The notes: generated from the sequence alone by a model not told the origin. A DNA stretch of 64,000 bases from Planctomycetota bacterium (GCA_965248445.1 CBDFJG010000003.1:1184001-1248000), one strand, 5' to 3'; positions 36,579-47,085 are shown, numbered from the stretch's first letter. A program made the numbers and translations.

Positions 36579-38444
36579 ATGCGCCGTCCCCGCATCTCGA
36601 CCGTCCTCATCACGCTGATCGCGCTCGCCGCGGTCGCGCGCTGGATCGATGTACACCCGTACACGTATCGCGCGCACGAGCCGGAGCTGCACGGCACGGC
36701 GAAGCGGTTCGAACGAACCGCCGACGTGCTCGTTCTCGTCGACCCCGGCTCGGTGTACGGCGCCGCGGGCGATTCGTTCGAGAACGGCGACTGGTCGTAC
36801 GGGTGGATGAACCTCGCGGAACAGGAGTTCGGCCGCTTCGCCCTGACGTCGACGGTGTATGCCGGTGATCTCGCCGGGCGCCGCGCCGTGGTCGTGACCC
36901 GCAGTGCCCTCGGCGGAGCCACCGTCATGCTCCCCGAACTGCGCGACTTCGTCCGTGACGGTGGACTGCTGGTGCTCGAACAGCCGGACGCCTCGTGGCA
37001 GGAGTTTGCCGGTGCTCACTGCGGAGAGCCCGTGGACCAGCCGGGCGCACTCACGCTCCCCGGCGCCGATCCCGAGACCGCCGACGACCTATCGCACGTG
37101 CCGCTCGTGGCGGGCTCCGTGCGGTCGCTTCTTCTCGCACCGGACGCAACGCCGCACTTGCGGGTGGGCAACGCTGTGGTCGCTTCGACGATCGAACGCG
37201 GCGACGGGGCGGTCCTGTCGCTCGGCCTCGACGTCGGCCGGGCGATCACGGCGCTCCAGCAGGGCACGCCGGCCCCCGGGACGTTCTCCGTGCGCAACCG
37301 CTACCCGGACGTGCTGACCGCGCACATCCAGTCGAACGACCTGGTGGCGGATGCCGCGCTCCTGGGCAGCACGATCCCCGTGGCGGACGTCCTCGAACGC
37401 GTGGTCGTCGCCCTGTTCGACCGCCACGCCCCGCTGCCCCGCTGGTGGGCGTATCCCGACGCCGCGCCGGGCGCGTATCTCGCCACTCACGACGAGGAGG
37501 AGATGGGCGAGAACGCCGCGTGGATGGCCGACGCCGAGCGCTCGTGGGGAGTCGCGGGGTCGGACTTCGTGATCGGCGGGCATCACCTGACGCCGGGCGC
37601 GGTCCAGCGATTCGGAGGAGCGGGCCGGACGCTCGGCCTGCACTACGTGACCAGTCTCGATGCCGGTGCCCCCCGGCACGAACTCGGGATCTGGCGCTTC
37701 CGTCCCGCAGTGCGGCCTCAGACGCTCGCGGAGCAGGCCGCCGTCTTCGAGGAACACGCGTCGCGCAAGCCGCGCAGCAACCGCAACCACTATCTCCTGT
37801 GGGACGAAACATACGCCGGACTGTTCCGACGCATGGCCGCGCAGGGCATTCGCGTGGACTCGACCTACGGGCCGGACGTCGGAGCGAAGGGGTACCTGTT
37901 CGGGACGGCCCAGCCGTTCATCGCGCTCGACCGCAACGGACTGCCGCTGCCGGTTCGCGAAGTGCCGTTCCAGACGGCCGAGGATCTCGGAGGCGCGGAT
38001 CGCGCGTTCATCTGGAAGCTCCTGGCCGACAGCGCCTCCCGTCATCACCAGCCGGTCCACACGCTGTTCCACCCGAACGTGTTCGGGTGGCGTCCTGACG
38101 CGACGCTCTACGAGACGTGGCGTGACTCCTTCCGGGAGGCGAAGCGGCTGGGCCTTCACATCACGTCGGTCGAAGCACTCGTCGCGACGCAGCGGGCGCG
38201 GGGCGCTTCCGCGATGCGCTCGACCTGGAGCGACCGCGTCCTGGCGATCGAGGTCGACGCGGCGCACGACGGCGCGACGCTCGCGATCCCGGCGGTCTGG
38301 GACGGAGTCCGCGGAGCCGTCAGCGTCGACGGCGACCCCGTGACCGCACAGCGAGTTTCCTACGCCGGCGGCGATCTCCTGCTCGTGGTGACCGCGCCCG
38401 GCGCGCGTTCCGTGCGCGTGGTCTACGGGGAGACCGCGCGATGA
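36579..38444 (+). CDS. Exported protein with polysaccharide deacetylase-like domain
   Basis: N-terminal TM or signal; THDEE, GLH, NRNHYL, DSTYG, GYLFGT..PF and LFHP. Confidence 0.65.
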   Translation: MRRPRISTVLITLIALAAVARWIDVHPYTYRAHEPELHGTAKRFERTADVLVLVDPGSVYGAAGDSFENGDWSYGWMNLAEQEFGRFALTSTVYAGDLAGRRAVVVTRSALGGATVMLPELRDFVRDGGLLVLEQPDASWQEFAGAHCGEPVDQPGALTLPGADPETADDLSHVPLVAGSVRSLLLAPDATPHLRVGNAVVASTIERGDGAVLSLGLDVGRAITALQQGTPAPGTFSVRNRYPDVLTAHIQSNDLVADAALLGSTIPVADVLERVVVALFDRHAPLPRWWAYPDAAPGAYLATHDEEEMGENAAWMADAERSWGVAGSDFVIGGHHLTPGAVQRFGGAGRTLGLHYVTSLDAGAPRHELGIWRFRPAVRPQTLAEQAAVFEEHASRKPRSNRNHYLLWDETYAGLFRRMAAQGIRVDSTYGPDVGAKGYLFGTAQPFIALDRNGLPLPVREVPFQTAEDLGGADRAFIWKLLADSASRHHQPVHTLFHPNVFGWRPDATLYETWRDSFREAKRLGLHITSVEALVATQRARGASAMRSTWSDRVLAIEVDAAHDGATLAIPAVWDGVRGAVSVDGDPVTAQRVSYAGGDLLLVVTAPGARSVRVVYGETAR

Positions 38445-40069
38445 GCCGACTCCGCGCACTCCTACTGACGGGTCTCGTCCTCGCGGGCACCGGCGCCCTG
38501 TTGCAGCGCAGTCCGGTGGAGTTCGCAACGCACGAGACCGAGCTTGCGGCGCCCCTGCCCCGCGGGACGCTCGACACGGCGGAGGTCTGCCTCGTCGCGT
38601 CGCCCGAGCGCGTGCGTGAGCGTTCGCAGAAAGGGCGGGACGACACGTTCGCGTGGGTCTCGTTCCTCGAGCAGGAGTTCGGCCCGTGGCGCCTGGCCGT
38701 ACCCGGCGACGAGGCGGATGGCGGACTGGAACGCCAGATGCACGGTGTGCGACTCGCCGTCGTACCGGAGTCCGCGTGGACCGATCTCTCGCCATCGGAT
38801 CGCGCCGCTCTCGCGAACCACCCCACCGCACACATCCTCGTCGAGGGACCGGCCGCCCGCGCACAGTCGCTCGGCGGGCACGCTCTGGCCATCGACGATT
38901 TCGCAGCGGGACTGGCGAGGATGCAACAGGGCGAGACCGGCGCGCTGGACCGGGAGTACCCCGGCGTGCGCAGCGGCCTCGTGCAGCCCCACGGGTTCCT
39001 GCCCGAGGGCTCAGAACCGCGCGCCCTCGCGCCGGCGGCCGACCTGAAGGAGCGAGCGCTCCTCGCAGACATCGAACGAATGACGCCGATAGCGGGGTGG
39101 TGGCCATTCCCCGGAGGAGCACCCGCGTACGTCGCGGTGACGCACGACGAGGAGCGCTTCGGCGACAAGTCCGCGTGGCTGCCCGAGGCGTTCGCCGAGC
39201 GCGGCGTCGCGACGACGGGCTTCATCATCCCGGATCGGATCGGCCGGAGCGGAGTCGCGGCGATGCAAGCCGCCCGCACAGACGTCCATCTGCATTGGGA
39301 TCGCGGGTTCTTCGGCGAGATGCCCCTGAGGCACATGGGCATCGGGCCGCTCGCCCCCGCCGTGCGCCGGTCGTCGCTGCTGGAGCAGGTCTCGGACTCC
39401 CGCGACCTGGGCGTGGTGCAGAGCGACGTGGTGATGAACCGCACGCACGGGCTGATCTTCGATCCCGATCCGGCCAAGACGTTCCGGATGCTCCACGCAG
39501 CCGGCGTCACCGTGGATTCCACGTACGGCCCCTCCGGCCCCGACCGTTTCGGGTATCTGTTCGGGACGGGGCTTCCGTTCCGCCCGCTCGACGCCACGGG
39601 CTGGCCGTTCCCGCTTGTCGAAGTGCCGTTCCTGTTCCAGGAGGACGAGGCCTGGAGCCGCGACGACCAGGACCGGATCATCCGCGAAGCCGCCTCGACT
39701 CACCACCAACTCGTCGTCGGCGTCTACCACACGAACTCGATGTCGCGCGTCCCGTCCGCCGAGTTGATCGAGGGCATGCTGGCGGTCGGTGAGTCGGCGA
39801 GGACGGCCGGCGCTGACCACGGATCGCTCGAGCGGTTCATCCGCCACTGGAACGCGCGCCTGCGTTCGCGGCTCACGACGACGGTGCACGACGGCGTCGT
39901 GCGCGTCGCAGCCAACGCCGCACTCGCCGGGCTCTCCGTGCGCCTGCCTGCCGACGCCGCTGGCGACGTGCTCGTCGACGGCGTCCTCACGCCTCCGGTG
40001 CGTCACGGGCCCTACATTGTGGTGCCGCTGCCCCACGGCGAGCACACGGTCGAGGTCGTGTACCGATGA
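38441..40069 (+). CDS. Paralogous exported polysaccharide deacetylase-like protein
   Basis: THDEE, LHW, NRTHGL, DSTYG and GYLFGTGLPF; W...EQEFG shared with the preceding gene. Confidence 0.65.
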   Translation: MSRLRALLLTGLVLAGTGALLQRSPVEFATHETELAAPLPRGTLDTAEVCLVASPERVRERSQKGRDDTFAWVSFLEQEFGPWRLAVPGDEADGGLERQMHGVRLAVVPESAWTDLSPSDRAALANHPTAHILVEGPAARAQSLGGHALAIDDFAAGLARMQQGETGALDREYPGVRSGLVQPHGFLPEGSEPRALAPAADLKERALLADIERMTPIAGWWPFPGGAPAYVAVTHDEERFGDKSAWLPEAFAERGVATTGFIIPDRIGRSGVAAMQAARTDVHLHWDRGFFGEMPLRHMGIGPLAPAVRRSSLLEQVSDSRDLGVVQSDVVMNRTHGLIFDPDPAKTFRMLHAAGVTVDSTYGPSGPDRFGYLFGTGLPFRPLDATGWPFPLVEVPFLFQEDEAWSRDDQDRIIREAASTHHQLVVGVYHTNSMSRVPSAELIEGMLAVGESARTAGADHGSLERFIRHWNARLRSRLTTTVHDGVVRVAANAALAGLSVRLPADAAGDVLVDGVLTPPVRHGPYIVVPLPHGEHTVEVVYR

Positions 40070-41715
40070 GCAGGACAAACTGGATTGCCGCCCTGGCAAC
40101 ACTGTGTGTCGCCTGCCTCCTGGTCCCCGACATGCTCCTCGCCTCGCCCAGCACGGCGCGCATGGTGTTCACTCTGGCAATCGCGACCGCTCTCGGCATC
40201 GTCCTGTTGAACAGCGGGTGGAGAGACCGGGTGGTCGCCCTGCTGGGCCGCCGTCACACGGCGCACGTGCTGCTCGGCGCATGGATCGTCGTCGGGCTCG
40301 GCATGCAGGTGATGAAGCTGCGCGCATTCCACGACTACCCGGGTCACGACCAGGCATACCACGTCCAAGTTCTCTGGAACACGCTCGAGGGCCGGTTCGG
40401 CGAGGGCACGATTCTGCAGCAGCTGCACTTCGATCCGCCGCTGCGCAATCACATGGGATTGCACGTCTCACCTGCGTTCTTTGCACTGCTCCCGCTGTTC
40501 GCGGTGTTCCCGCACGTGGCAACGCTCCTCGTCGTGAAGATCGCCGCAACCGGAGTGGCCGCGTTCGCCCTGCACCGCATCGCGCGAGACGCTGCGGGCG
40601 CCGCGGCGGCCACGGCGATCATGGCGGCATACCTGCTGCACCCAACCGTGCTCAGCCAGTGGACCGGAGACTTCTACCCCGCGATCCTCGCGCCCCCCGC
40701 GCTGTTCTGGGCGATCCTCAACTGGGAGCGCAAGAAGCTGGGGTGGTTCGTGGCGTCACTCGTGACGCTACTCGCGGTCCGCGAGGACCTCGCGTTGACC
40801 GTGTGCGCGTTCGTGCCGTTCGCGATCGTCTCGCGCTTCACGCGTGCGAAGCAGGTACGCCGCATCGCCTGGTACGTCCTGCCTCCGCTCGTCGGCATCG
40901 CATGGCACCAGGTCGCGACGCGCGTGGCGATGCCGTGGGGCGGCGGTGATCCGCTCGCCGAGAACGTCCTCGCGTGGTACGCGGGACTGGGATCGACGCC
41001 GGGCGAGATGATCCAGACTCTCGTCTCCGATCCGCTCTATGCGATCAGCGTCGCGTTCGCGTCGTCGAAGCTGCTGTACCTCTGGCAGGTCCTACGCCCC
41101 CTCGCGCTGTTCCCCCTGGCCGGGCGGCACTCGCTACTCGCACTCCCGGGCATCGCCGTGGTCATCCTCGTGACGGCCGGTGTCGGCCCCCTCGATCCGC
41201 AGACGCACTACTCGAACGTCGTCGCAGCGGGGCTGGCCGCCGGTGCGGCCACGGCGCTCGCGGGCATCCGTGCGCGCTTCGGCGAGAAGACCCTTGGCGC
41301 GGCGTCGCTCGTGCTGCTGGCGGCGGCGCTGACCGGCGTCCCGGACTCGCTGAACGACACCACGCTCCCGCGCATCCAGCGGCCCGACCACGCCGTCGCC
41401 GTCGATGGCGCTCTCGCGCTCATCCCCGAGCACGCTTCGGTGGCGGCGCCGGGCGCGTTCCTCTCGCTCGTCGCCGACGCGCCGACCGCGTACGCGCTCG
41501 ATCACTTCGAGCACTCCCCGCCCGGACTGGACAGTCCGGAGGCCGTGGTCCTGGATCTTCTCCCGTCGCGCATCTCGATGTCGCACGACCGCCTCGCGCA
41601 GTACGAGGCGCGGCTCGCCCGCTTTCGCGCGGATCCCGCCTACGAGATCGCCTTCGAGCAGGACGGGATCATCCTCCTCCTGCGCCGGGACGTCGAGCGC
41701 GCAGACGCTCGCTGA
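40066..41715 (+). CDS. DUF2079-family polytopic membrane protein (GT-C fold)
   Basis: D.A...Q.LWN...GR, GLHVSP, DFYP and RED motifs; many TM helices. Confidence 0.8.
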   Translation: MSRTNWIAALATLCVACLLVPDMLLASPSTARMVFTLAIATALGIVLLNSGWRDRVVALLGRRHTAHVLLGAWIVVGLGMQVMKLRAFHDYPGHDQAYHVQVLWNTLEGRFGEGTILQQLHFDPPLRNHMGLHVSPAFFALLPLFAVFPHVATLLVVKIAATGVAAFALHRIARDAAGAAAATAIMAAYLLHPTVLSQWTGDFYPAILAPPALFWAILNWERKKLGWFVASLVTLLAVREDLALTVCAFVPFAIVSRFTRAKQVRRIAWYVLPPLVGIAWHQVATRVAMPWGGGDPLAENVLAWYAGLGSTPGEMIQTLVSDPLYAISVAFASSKLLYLWQVLRPLALFPLAGRHSLLALPGIAVVILVTAGVGPLDPQTHYSNVVAAGLAAGAATALAGIRARFGEKTLGAASLVLLAAALTGVPDSLNDTTLPRIQRPDHAVAVDGALALIPEHASVAAPGAFLSLVADAPTAYALDHFEHSPPGLDSPEAVVLDLLPSRISMSHDRLAQYEARLARFRADPAYEIAFEQDGIILLLRRDVERADAR

Positions 41716-41751
41716 GCAATACAGGGCGCGCCGACGGTCGCTGACGCGCCG

Positions 41752-42261
41752 CTACTCGACCGCTTCGCGCACGAGTTCGCGCGACCGCGTCCAGTTCTCC
41801 GTCTCGAGCATGGCGCGGATGCGCGACAGCCGGTCCGATGCGGTCTGCAACTTGGGCCCGGCCTTGGTCTCGAGGAGCTTGGCGAAGTTGGGGTTCATGT
41901 CCCCCTTCTCCGCGAGCAGCGAGAGCGCCTGCGCGCGATACACCCGTTCGAGGTCGACGTGCAGCCGGAGCAATTCGAAGTCCCCGGGGTTCCAACCGGA
42001 GACGAGGAAGAACGCCAGCCGCTCGTTCTCGGGGAGCTTGCGCGGATCGCGCCGCTCGGCGATGGCGAGCAACACGGCGTCGATCGACTCCTGCTTCGGC
42101 GCCGGAAGCGTCATCGCGGTCGTGCGCTCGACGGCTCCGAGTCGCTCCTCGAGCGCCGCCACCCGGTTCTCGAGCTCGGTCACGCGGTCGTCGTCCTTCG
42201 GCGCGTCAGCGCAGGAAGCAAGCAACGCCAGCGCAGCACACCAGAGAATCGGTCGTCTCAC
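41752..42261 (-). CDS. Hypothetical lipoprotein
   Basis: Lipobox LLASC followed by a coiled coil. Confidence 0.6.
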   Translation of the reverse strand: MRRPILWCAALALLASCADAPKDDDRVTELENRVAALEERLGAVERTTAMTLPAPKQESIDAVLLAIAERRDPRKLPENERLAFFLVSGWNPGDFELLRLHVDLERVYRAQALSLLAEKGDMNPNFAKLLETKAGPKLQTASDRLSRIRAMLETENWTRSRELVREAVE

Positions 42262-42270
42262 GACACGAGG

Positions 42271-42567
42271 CTATCCGGAGTGCACGCCGAGATACTTGCG
42301 GGGATTGCGGAACACCATGCGAGCCGGCAGGGCGGTGCACAGCAGGGCTGTCACCAACGTGAGCACTTGGCCGACCCACCGGTGCTCCGGCCACCAGGAC
42401 TCGAACGAGATCGGAAACAGCACCAACTTGACCGACACCACCAACAGCAGATACCAGAGCGCACAGAGCATCGCGACGCCGATGAGAAGCCGAGCCATTC
42501 GGACGCGCGCAGGCCGGCGCGGCAGCACCTCGATCGTCCGCTTCTTCCAGAGGTGCTCGTCGTTCAT
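42271..42567 (-). CDS. Small hypothetical membrane protein
   Basis: MNDEHLWKKR start, two hydrophobic helices. Confidence 0.5.
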   Translation of the reverse strand: MNDEHLWKKRTIEVLPRRPARVRMARLLIGVAMLCALWYLLLVVSVKLVLFPISFESWWPEHRWVGQVLTLVTALLCTALPARMVFRNPRKYLGVHSG

Positions 42568-42781
42568 CCGCTCACTCTCGTATTCACGGCGCCGAGCAGC
42601 CGCGGGCGGCGCGGAGCGAACAGTGGCGCGGAGGGCTCCACACCCCCACCGTACCCGAACGCGCTCACGCAGAGCGCCCGGCGCCCCACCGTTCGAGTAG
42701 GCTGACGCAGCCCGGACTGTTCCTGGTCTACGTCGACCACCGAGCGACGTGCCATGCACAAGTGGTGACGGAGACCGAACG

Positions 42782-43471
42782 ATGCCCGATTCCCTCCCCG
42801 AACAGCTCTTGGAGATGCGCCTCCACGTGGACGGAGATACGTGGGTGCCCACGCCTCATGGAGAGTTCATGGCACAGGTGCTGGCCGGGCAGAACCTGGT
42901 CGAAGGGAGACGGGTTCTCGAGATCGGAGGCGGCGCGGCCAACCACACGATCATCCTCCTGCGCCAGGGCGCCAAGCACGTCGTCGTGACCGAGATCACC
43001 GCGGACCTGCTCGCGGCGAACCGGCGCAACGTCGAGCACAACTGTCCCGGGGACCGCGACCGGATCGAATACCGGGTCGCCGACTGGTTGGACACGCCGG
43101 GTTCGTTCGACCTCATCGTCACGAACCCGCCTTTTTGCAAGAGCGGGAAGCAGAACCGGCGCTACTTCATCGACTCCCTCATTCTCGACGGACACAAGCG
43201 GCTCGCGAGCGGAGGCTCGCTGCTCTTCATTCAGTCGTCCATGGCGGACCTCGCGAAGACGCGGGCCCGGCTCGACGAGAACGGATACGAAGTCGAGATT
43301 CTCGCGAGCCGGAGGGGTCCCTTCCGCGACTACTACTTCGAGGACGCGGCGTTCATGAAAGAGATCGAGGACGTGCCGGGCGCCTACGAGAAAGACGGGT
43401 CGACGTTCATCGAGACACTGTCCGTCGTCTCGGCACGCCTGCGAGATCGGGGGGAAGCGGCGCAACCATGA
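42782..43471 (+). CDS. Class I SAM methyltransferase (HemK/MTS-like)
   Basis: VLEIGGG and FDLIVTNPPF. Confidence 0.85.
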   Translation: MPDSLPEQLLEMRLHVDGDTWVPTPHGEFMAQVLAGQNLVEGRRVLEIGGGAANHTIILLRQGAKHVVVTEITADLLAANRRNVEHNCPGDRDRIEYRVADWLDTPGSFDLIVTNPPFCKSGKQNRRYFIDSLILDGHKRLASGGSLLFIQSSMADLAKTRARLDENGYEVEILASRRGPFRDYYFEDAAFMKEIEDVPGAYEKDGSTFIETLSVVSARLRDRGEAAQP

Positions 43472-43487
43472 CGCGACGGCGCGCGCG

Positions 43488-43565
43488 TGGTACCCCCGAC
43501 GGGATTCGAACCCGTGTACCCAGCTTGAAAGGCTGGTGTCCTAGACCTAACTAGACGACAGGGGC
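43488..43565 (-). tRNA. tRNA-Glu (TTC) with encoded CCA
   Basis: GCCCCTG...CGGGGGTACCA acceptor stem, CCAGC-CTTTCAA-GCTGG anticodon arm, GGTTCGAATCC T-loop. Confidence 0.97.
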
Positions 43566-43655
43566 ACCGTTGCGCGTTCGCGCGCCCGTTATAGGGCGGG
43601 AACGCGCGGAGGCTCAGACTTCGAGCGGCCCGGCTCTCGCCGTGAGCCGCAGGAA

Positions 43656-44225
43656 TCAGACCTCCAAGATGTCGGCGGTCTTCTTCTCGAGCGCCTCGGT
43701 CACTTTCTTCTCGAAGCCCTGGATCAACTCGTCGACGCCGCCCTTGAGGCGCTTCAGGTCGTCCTCGCCGAGGTCGCCGGCCTTCTTGGCGGTGTCTGCG
43801 TGGCGATTCGCCTCGCGACGGATGTTGCGCAGCGCGACGCGGCTCTCCTCCGCCTTGTCGCGGACGAGCGAGACGTACTGCTTGCGCCGGTCCTCGGAGA
43901 GCGGCGGGATGGCCAGCCGGATGAGCTTGCCGTCGCTCTGCGGCGTGATGCCGAGTTCGGACTTCTGGACCGCCTTGACGACGTCGCTGACGAGACTCGC
44001 ATCGAACGGCTTGATGACGATCAGACGCGGCTCGGGGATCGAGATGCTCGCGACGTGCTTGAGCGGGGAGACGGCGCCGTAGCAGTCCACGCGAACGTCC
44101 TCGACCAGACCGGGCGACGCCCGGCCGGTGCGAACACCGCGGAACGAGTGGATCAGGTGCTCGAGCGCCTTCTCCATCTTCTCTTCCGCTTCGAGAAGTG
44201 TCTCTTCGTACATCGTGGTCTCCAT
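43656..44225 (-). CDS. frr: Ribosome recycling factor
   Basis: VRTGRASP, IPPLSEDRRK and RVALRNIRREAN. Confidence 0.97.
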   Translation of the reverse strand: METTMYEETLLEAEEKMEKALEHLIHSFRGVRTGRASPGLVEDVRVDCYGAVSPLKHVASISIPEPRLIVIKPFDASLVSDVVKAVQKSELGITPQSDGKLIRLAIPPLSEDRRKQYVSLVRDKAEESRVALRNIRREANRHADTAKKAGDLGEDDLKRLKGGVDELIQGFEKKVTEALEKKTADILEV

Positions 44226-44343
44226 GGCCGCCCGTCCGGCGCCTTCTCGTCCGCGTCAGCGGACGAACCAATGAGCCGGATCGTACCCGGTCAACCGGAG
44301 GGGCGGCCCGATCGTTCGAATCGGCGTTCGAACGGGCGTTCGA

Positions 44344-45063
44344 CTACGCGGACGTGACGCGGGTTCCGACGGGGCGGCCCAGCGCTGCGTCCTGGATCGC
44401 GCCGTCCCGCCGCATGTCGAAGACGATCACGTCGAGGGCGTTGTCGCGGCAGAGCGCGAACGCGGCACCGTCCATGACGCCCAGATCACGGGCGAGGCAC
44501 TCGTCGAACGTGATCTGCTCGAAGCGTTCGGCATCGGGGTGCGTCGCCGGATCCGCCGAGTAGACGCCGTCCACCTTCGTCGCTTTGAGCAGGCGATGCG
44601 CGCCGATCTCCAGGGCGCGCAGCGCTGCGGCGGTGTCGGTGGTGAAGAACGGATGACCGGTGCCGCCGGCGAGCACGACGACGCTCCCGCTGCCGAGCAG
44701 CGCACGGGCCCGTTCCGCTGTGAACGTCTCCGCGACCTCCGGGACGCGCAGGCCGGTCAGAAGCGCCGCCGGCCGCCCCACCGCGCGGATCTGGTCGCGA
44801 AGTAGCAGCCCGTTCATCACGGTCGCCAGCATGCCCATGCGGTCGGCGCTGTCGCGCTGCACCGGCGTGCCGGCGAGCTCGGCACCGCGGAAGACGTTGC
44901 CGCCCCCGACGACGACCGCCACCTCGACTCCGCTCGCCGCCGTGTCCGCGATCTGCGCGGCGATGTGCGCGGCGCTCTCGGCGTCGACGCCTCGGCCCCC
45001 CGGGCGGCAGAACGCCTCACCCGATAGCTTGAGCAGAACCCGCGGCGTGACGTCGTCGGTCAA
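44344..45063 (-). CDS. pyrH: UMP kinase
   Basis: RVLLKLSGEA, GGGNVFRG and GTGHPFFTTDTAAALRA; start approximate (TTG 45063). Confidence 0.95.
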   Translation of the reverse strand: MTDDVTPRVLLKLSGEAFCRPGGRGVDAESAAHIAAQIADTAASGVEVAVVVGGGNVFRGAELAGTPVQRDSADRMGMLATVMNGLLLRDQIRAVGRPAALLTGLRVPEVAETFTAERARALLGSGSVVVLAGGTGHPFFTTDTAAALRALEIGAHRLLKATKVDGVYSADPATHPDAERFEQITFDECLARDLGVMDGAAFALCRDNALDVIVFDMRRDGAIQDAALGRPVGTRVTSA

Positions 45064-45071
45064 CGGCGCTG

Positions 45072-45719
45072 TTAGTCCTCGCCTTCCTGGCCATCGTCGG
45101 CGCCCGGAACCGGGACGTCGTCGCCGACCTCCCATCGCGCGAACCGGCGCAGCTGCACGTTCTCGTGGAAGCCGGACTTCGAACGGGCCTGCACGAGCAC
45201 GTCGTTGACGGTGCCCTTGGACGTGTCCATCGCGTAGTCCTGCTCGAGCAGGACACAGGTCTTGAAGAACGAGTTCATCTTGCCCTCGAGGATCTTCTCC
45301 TGGATCTGCGCGGGCTTGTCCTTGATCTGCTCGATGTGGATCGCCTTCTCACGCTCGACCTGGTCGGCCGGCACCTCGCTGCGGTGCAGATACTTCGGCG
45401 CCGGGTAGGCGGCCGCCACGTGCATCGCGAACTGATTTGCGAGTGCGATGAAGTCGGGGTTCTTCGCCACGAAGTCCGTCTCGCTCAGCAGCTCGACCAT
45501 GGCGCCGAGCTTGCCGTTGTGATGGATGTAGGACGCGATCACGCCCTCCTTCGTGGCGCGGCCGGCGCGGCTCTCGCTCTGCTTGACGCCCTTCGCGCGG
45601 AGGATGTCCACCGCCTTCTCGAGGTCTCCACCGGCCTCGATGAGGGCCTTCTTGCAGTCCATCATCCCGCCGCCGGTCTTGGCGCGGAGCTTCATCACGG
45701 TCTTGGCGTCGATGTTCAT
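45072..45719 (-). CDS. tsf: Elongation factor Ts (short form)
   Basis: LRAKTGGGMMDCKKAL and ETDFVAKN. Confidence 0.97.
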   Translation of the reverse strand: MNIDAKTVMKLRAKTGGGMMDCKKALIEAGGDLEKAVDILRAKGVKQSESRAGRATKEGVIASYIHHNGKLGAMVELLSETDFVAKNPDFIALANQFAMHVAAAYPAPKYLHRSEVPADQVEREKAIHIEQIKDKPAQIQEKILEGKMNSFFKTCVLLEQDYAMDTSKGTVNDVLVQARSKSGFHENVQLRRFARWEVGDDVPVPGADDGQEGED

Positions 45720-45798
45720 GGCGTTCCTCGGGTGTTGCGGCGCAGGGGTGTGCGCCTCCGGCCGGCGCCCCGGCGGATGCGGGGCCCAATCCCAATAC

Positions 45799-45846
45799 CT
45801 CGGGCAGTCTCTCGGCCAATCTCTCGGGCAGTCTCTCGGCGGTCTC
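45799..45846. repeat. Tandem 12-bp repeats downstream of rpsB
   Basis: ctcgggcagtct ctcggccaatct ctcgggcagtct ctcggcggtct. Confidence 0.65.
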
Positions 45847-46829
45847 TACTCGGCCGGCGTGTCGCCGGCGGGCGGCGTCGCGTCGGGGGTGGCTTCCGGA
45901 GCGGGATCAGCAGCTGGCGCTGCCGGCGCTGGGGCCTCGGGAGCCGCAGGCGTCTCCGCCGCGGCGGGCGCGTCTGCCGGAGTCGGCGCGGGCGTCTCCG
46001 CGGGCGCGTCCGGTGTCGTACTGGCGCGGCGCACCACGACGGTCTTCGAGGGACCGCGCCGCCCGGCCTCGCCGGTCGCCCGGGCGATCGCGTCCTGCGT
46101 GCTCTCGTCCATCCCGCCGCGGCGGAACTCGGCGGCGCGCGACTTGGCGGCCTTCTTGCCGGTCATGCACGACTCCGACAGGCGCTTGAGGAGCACCGTC
46201 ACGCTGCGCATCGCATCGTCGTTGCCCGGGATCGGGATGTCGATCGGGTCGGGATCGCAGTCGCTGTCCACGATGGCGATGATCGGGATGTTCTCGCGGT
46301 TCGCCTCGCGAACGGCGATGTGCTCGCGCTTCGGATCCACGATCACGACCGCGCCGGGAAGGTTGCTCATCGCGCGGATGCCGGAGAGGTTCTTGAGCAG
46401 CTTGCGCTTCTCGCGGTTGTGCCGCGACTGCGCCTTCTTCGACAGCGTGATCAACTCGCCGGTCGTCTCGATCGCCTCGAGTTCCTCGAGGCGGTTCAGC
46501 CGACCGCGAATGGTCTCGAAGTTCGTGAGCGTGCCACCGAGCCAGCGCTCGGTCACGAACGGCATCTCACAGCGCATCGACTCCTCACGGATGACGTTCT
46601 TCGCACTGCGCTTCGTGCCGACGAACAGCACGTCGTAGCCCTCGGCGGTGACGGCACGCAGGAAGTGCGTTGCCCGCGCCAGACCACGCACGGTGGCCTT
46701 CAGGTCGATGATGTGGATGGTGTTGCGCTTCCCGAGAAGGAAGGGCTTCATCTTCGGGTTCCACCGGCTGGTGCGATGTCCGAAGTGGACTCCCGCTTCG
46801 AGGAGTTCGTTCACGCTGACGACTGCCAC
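45846..46829 (-). CDS. rpsB: 30S ribosomal protein S2
   Basis: LLEAGVHFGHRT.RWNPKM, RWLGGTLTNF and PGNDDA; Pro/Ala-rich tail. Confidence 0.98.
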   Translation of the reverse strand: MAVVSVNELLEAGVHFGHRTSRWNPKMKPFLLGKRNTIHIIDLKATVRGLARATHFLRAVTAEGYDVLFVGTKRSAKNVIREESMRCEMPFVTERWLGGTLTNFETIRGRLNRLEELEAIETTGELITLSKKAQSRHNREKRKLLKNLSGIRAMSNLPGAVVIVDPKREHIAVREANRENIPIIAIVDSDCDPDPIDIPIPGNDDAMRSVTVLLKRLSESCMTGKKAAKSRAAEFRRGGMDESTQDAIARATGEAGRRGPSKTVVVRRASTTPDAPAETPAPTPADAPAAAETPAAPEAPAPAAPAADPAPEATPDATPPAGDTPAE

Positions 46830-47012
46830 GGCATACCTCCGGTCCCGACCGATCCGGACACGAGCGCGCTCTCAACGGGTCGGCTGCTGAACAGACGACC
46901 GTCTCAACAGCGTTAGCTGTTGAACAGAACACGCTGGGAAGGGCTTACGCATCGCGGCGGGAGGACCGTCCTCCCTCTCCGCGCCGAGCCCTCCGCCGGA
47001 CGTGCGGGGGTT
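46830..47012 (-). promoter_or_regulatory. Candidate structured rpsB leader (S2 autogenous control)
   Basis: Position 5' of rpsB; several hairpins, with the 5' end able to pair near the GGAGGT RBS. Confidence 0.35.
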
Positions 47013-47085
47013 CCTGAATCACGAACCGCGGAGGGTAGCCGCGGCGTGCTGGGGCCGCGAAGTTCTCCAGCCTGGCCGGCCCCGC

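Noticed and set aside
43488..43565. tRNA-Glu as the integration site of the prophage remnants
   Set aside because: I saw no duplicate of its 3' end in the window, and its neighbours look like ordinary host genes.
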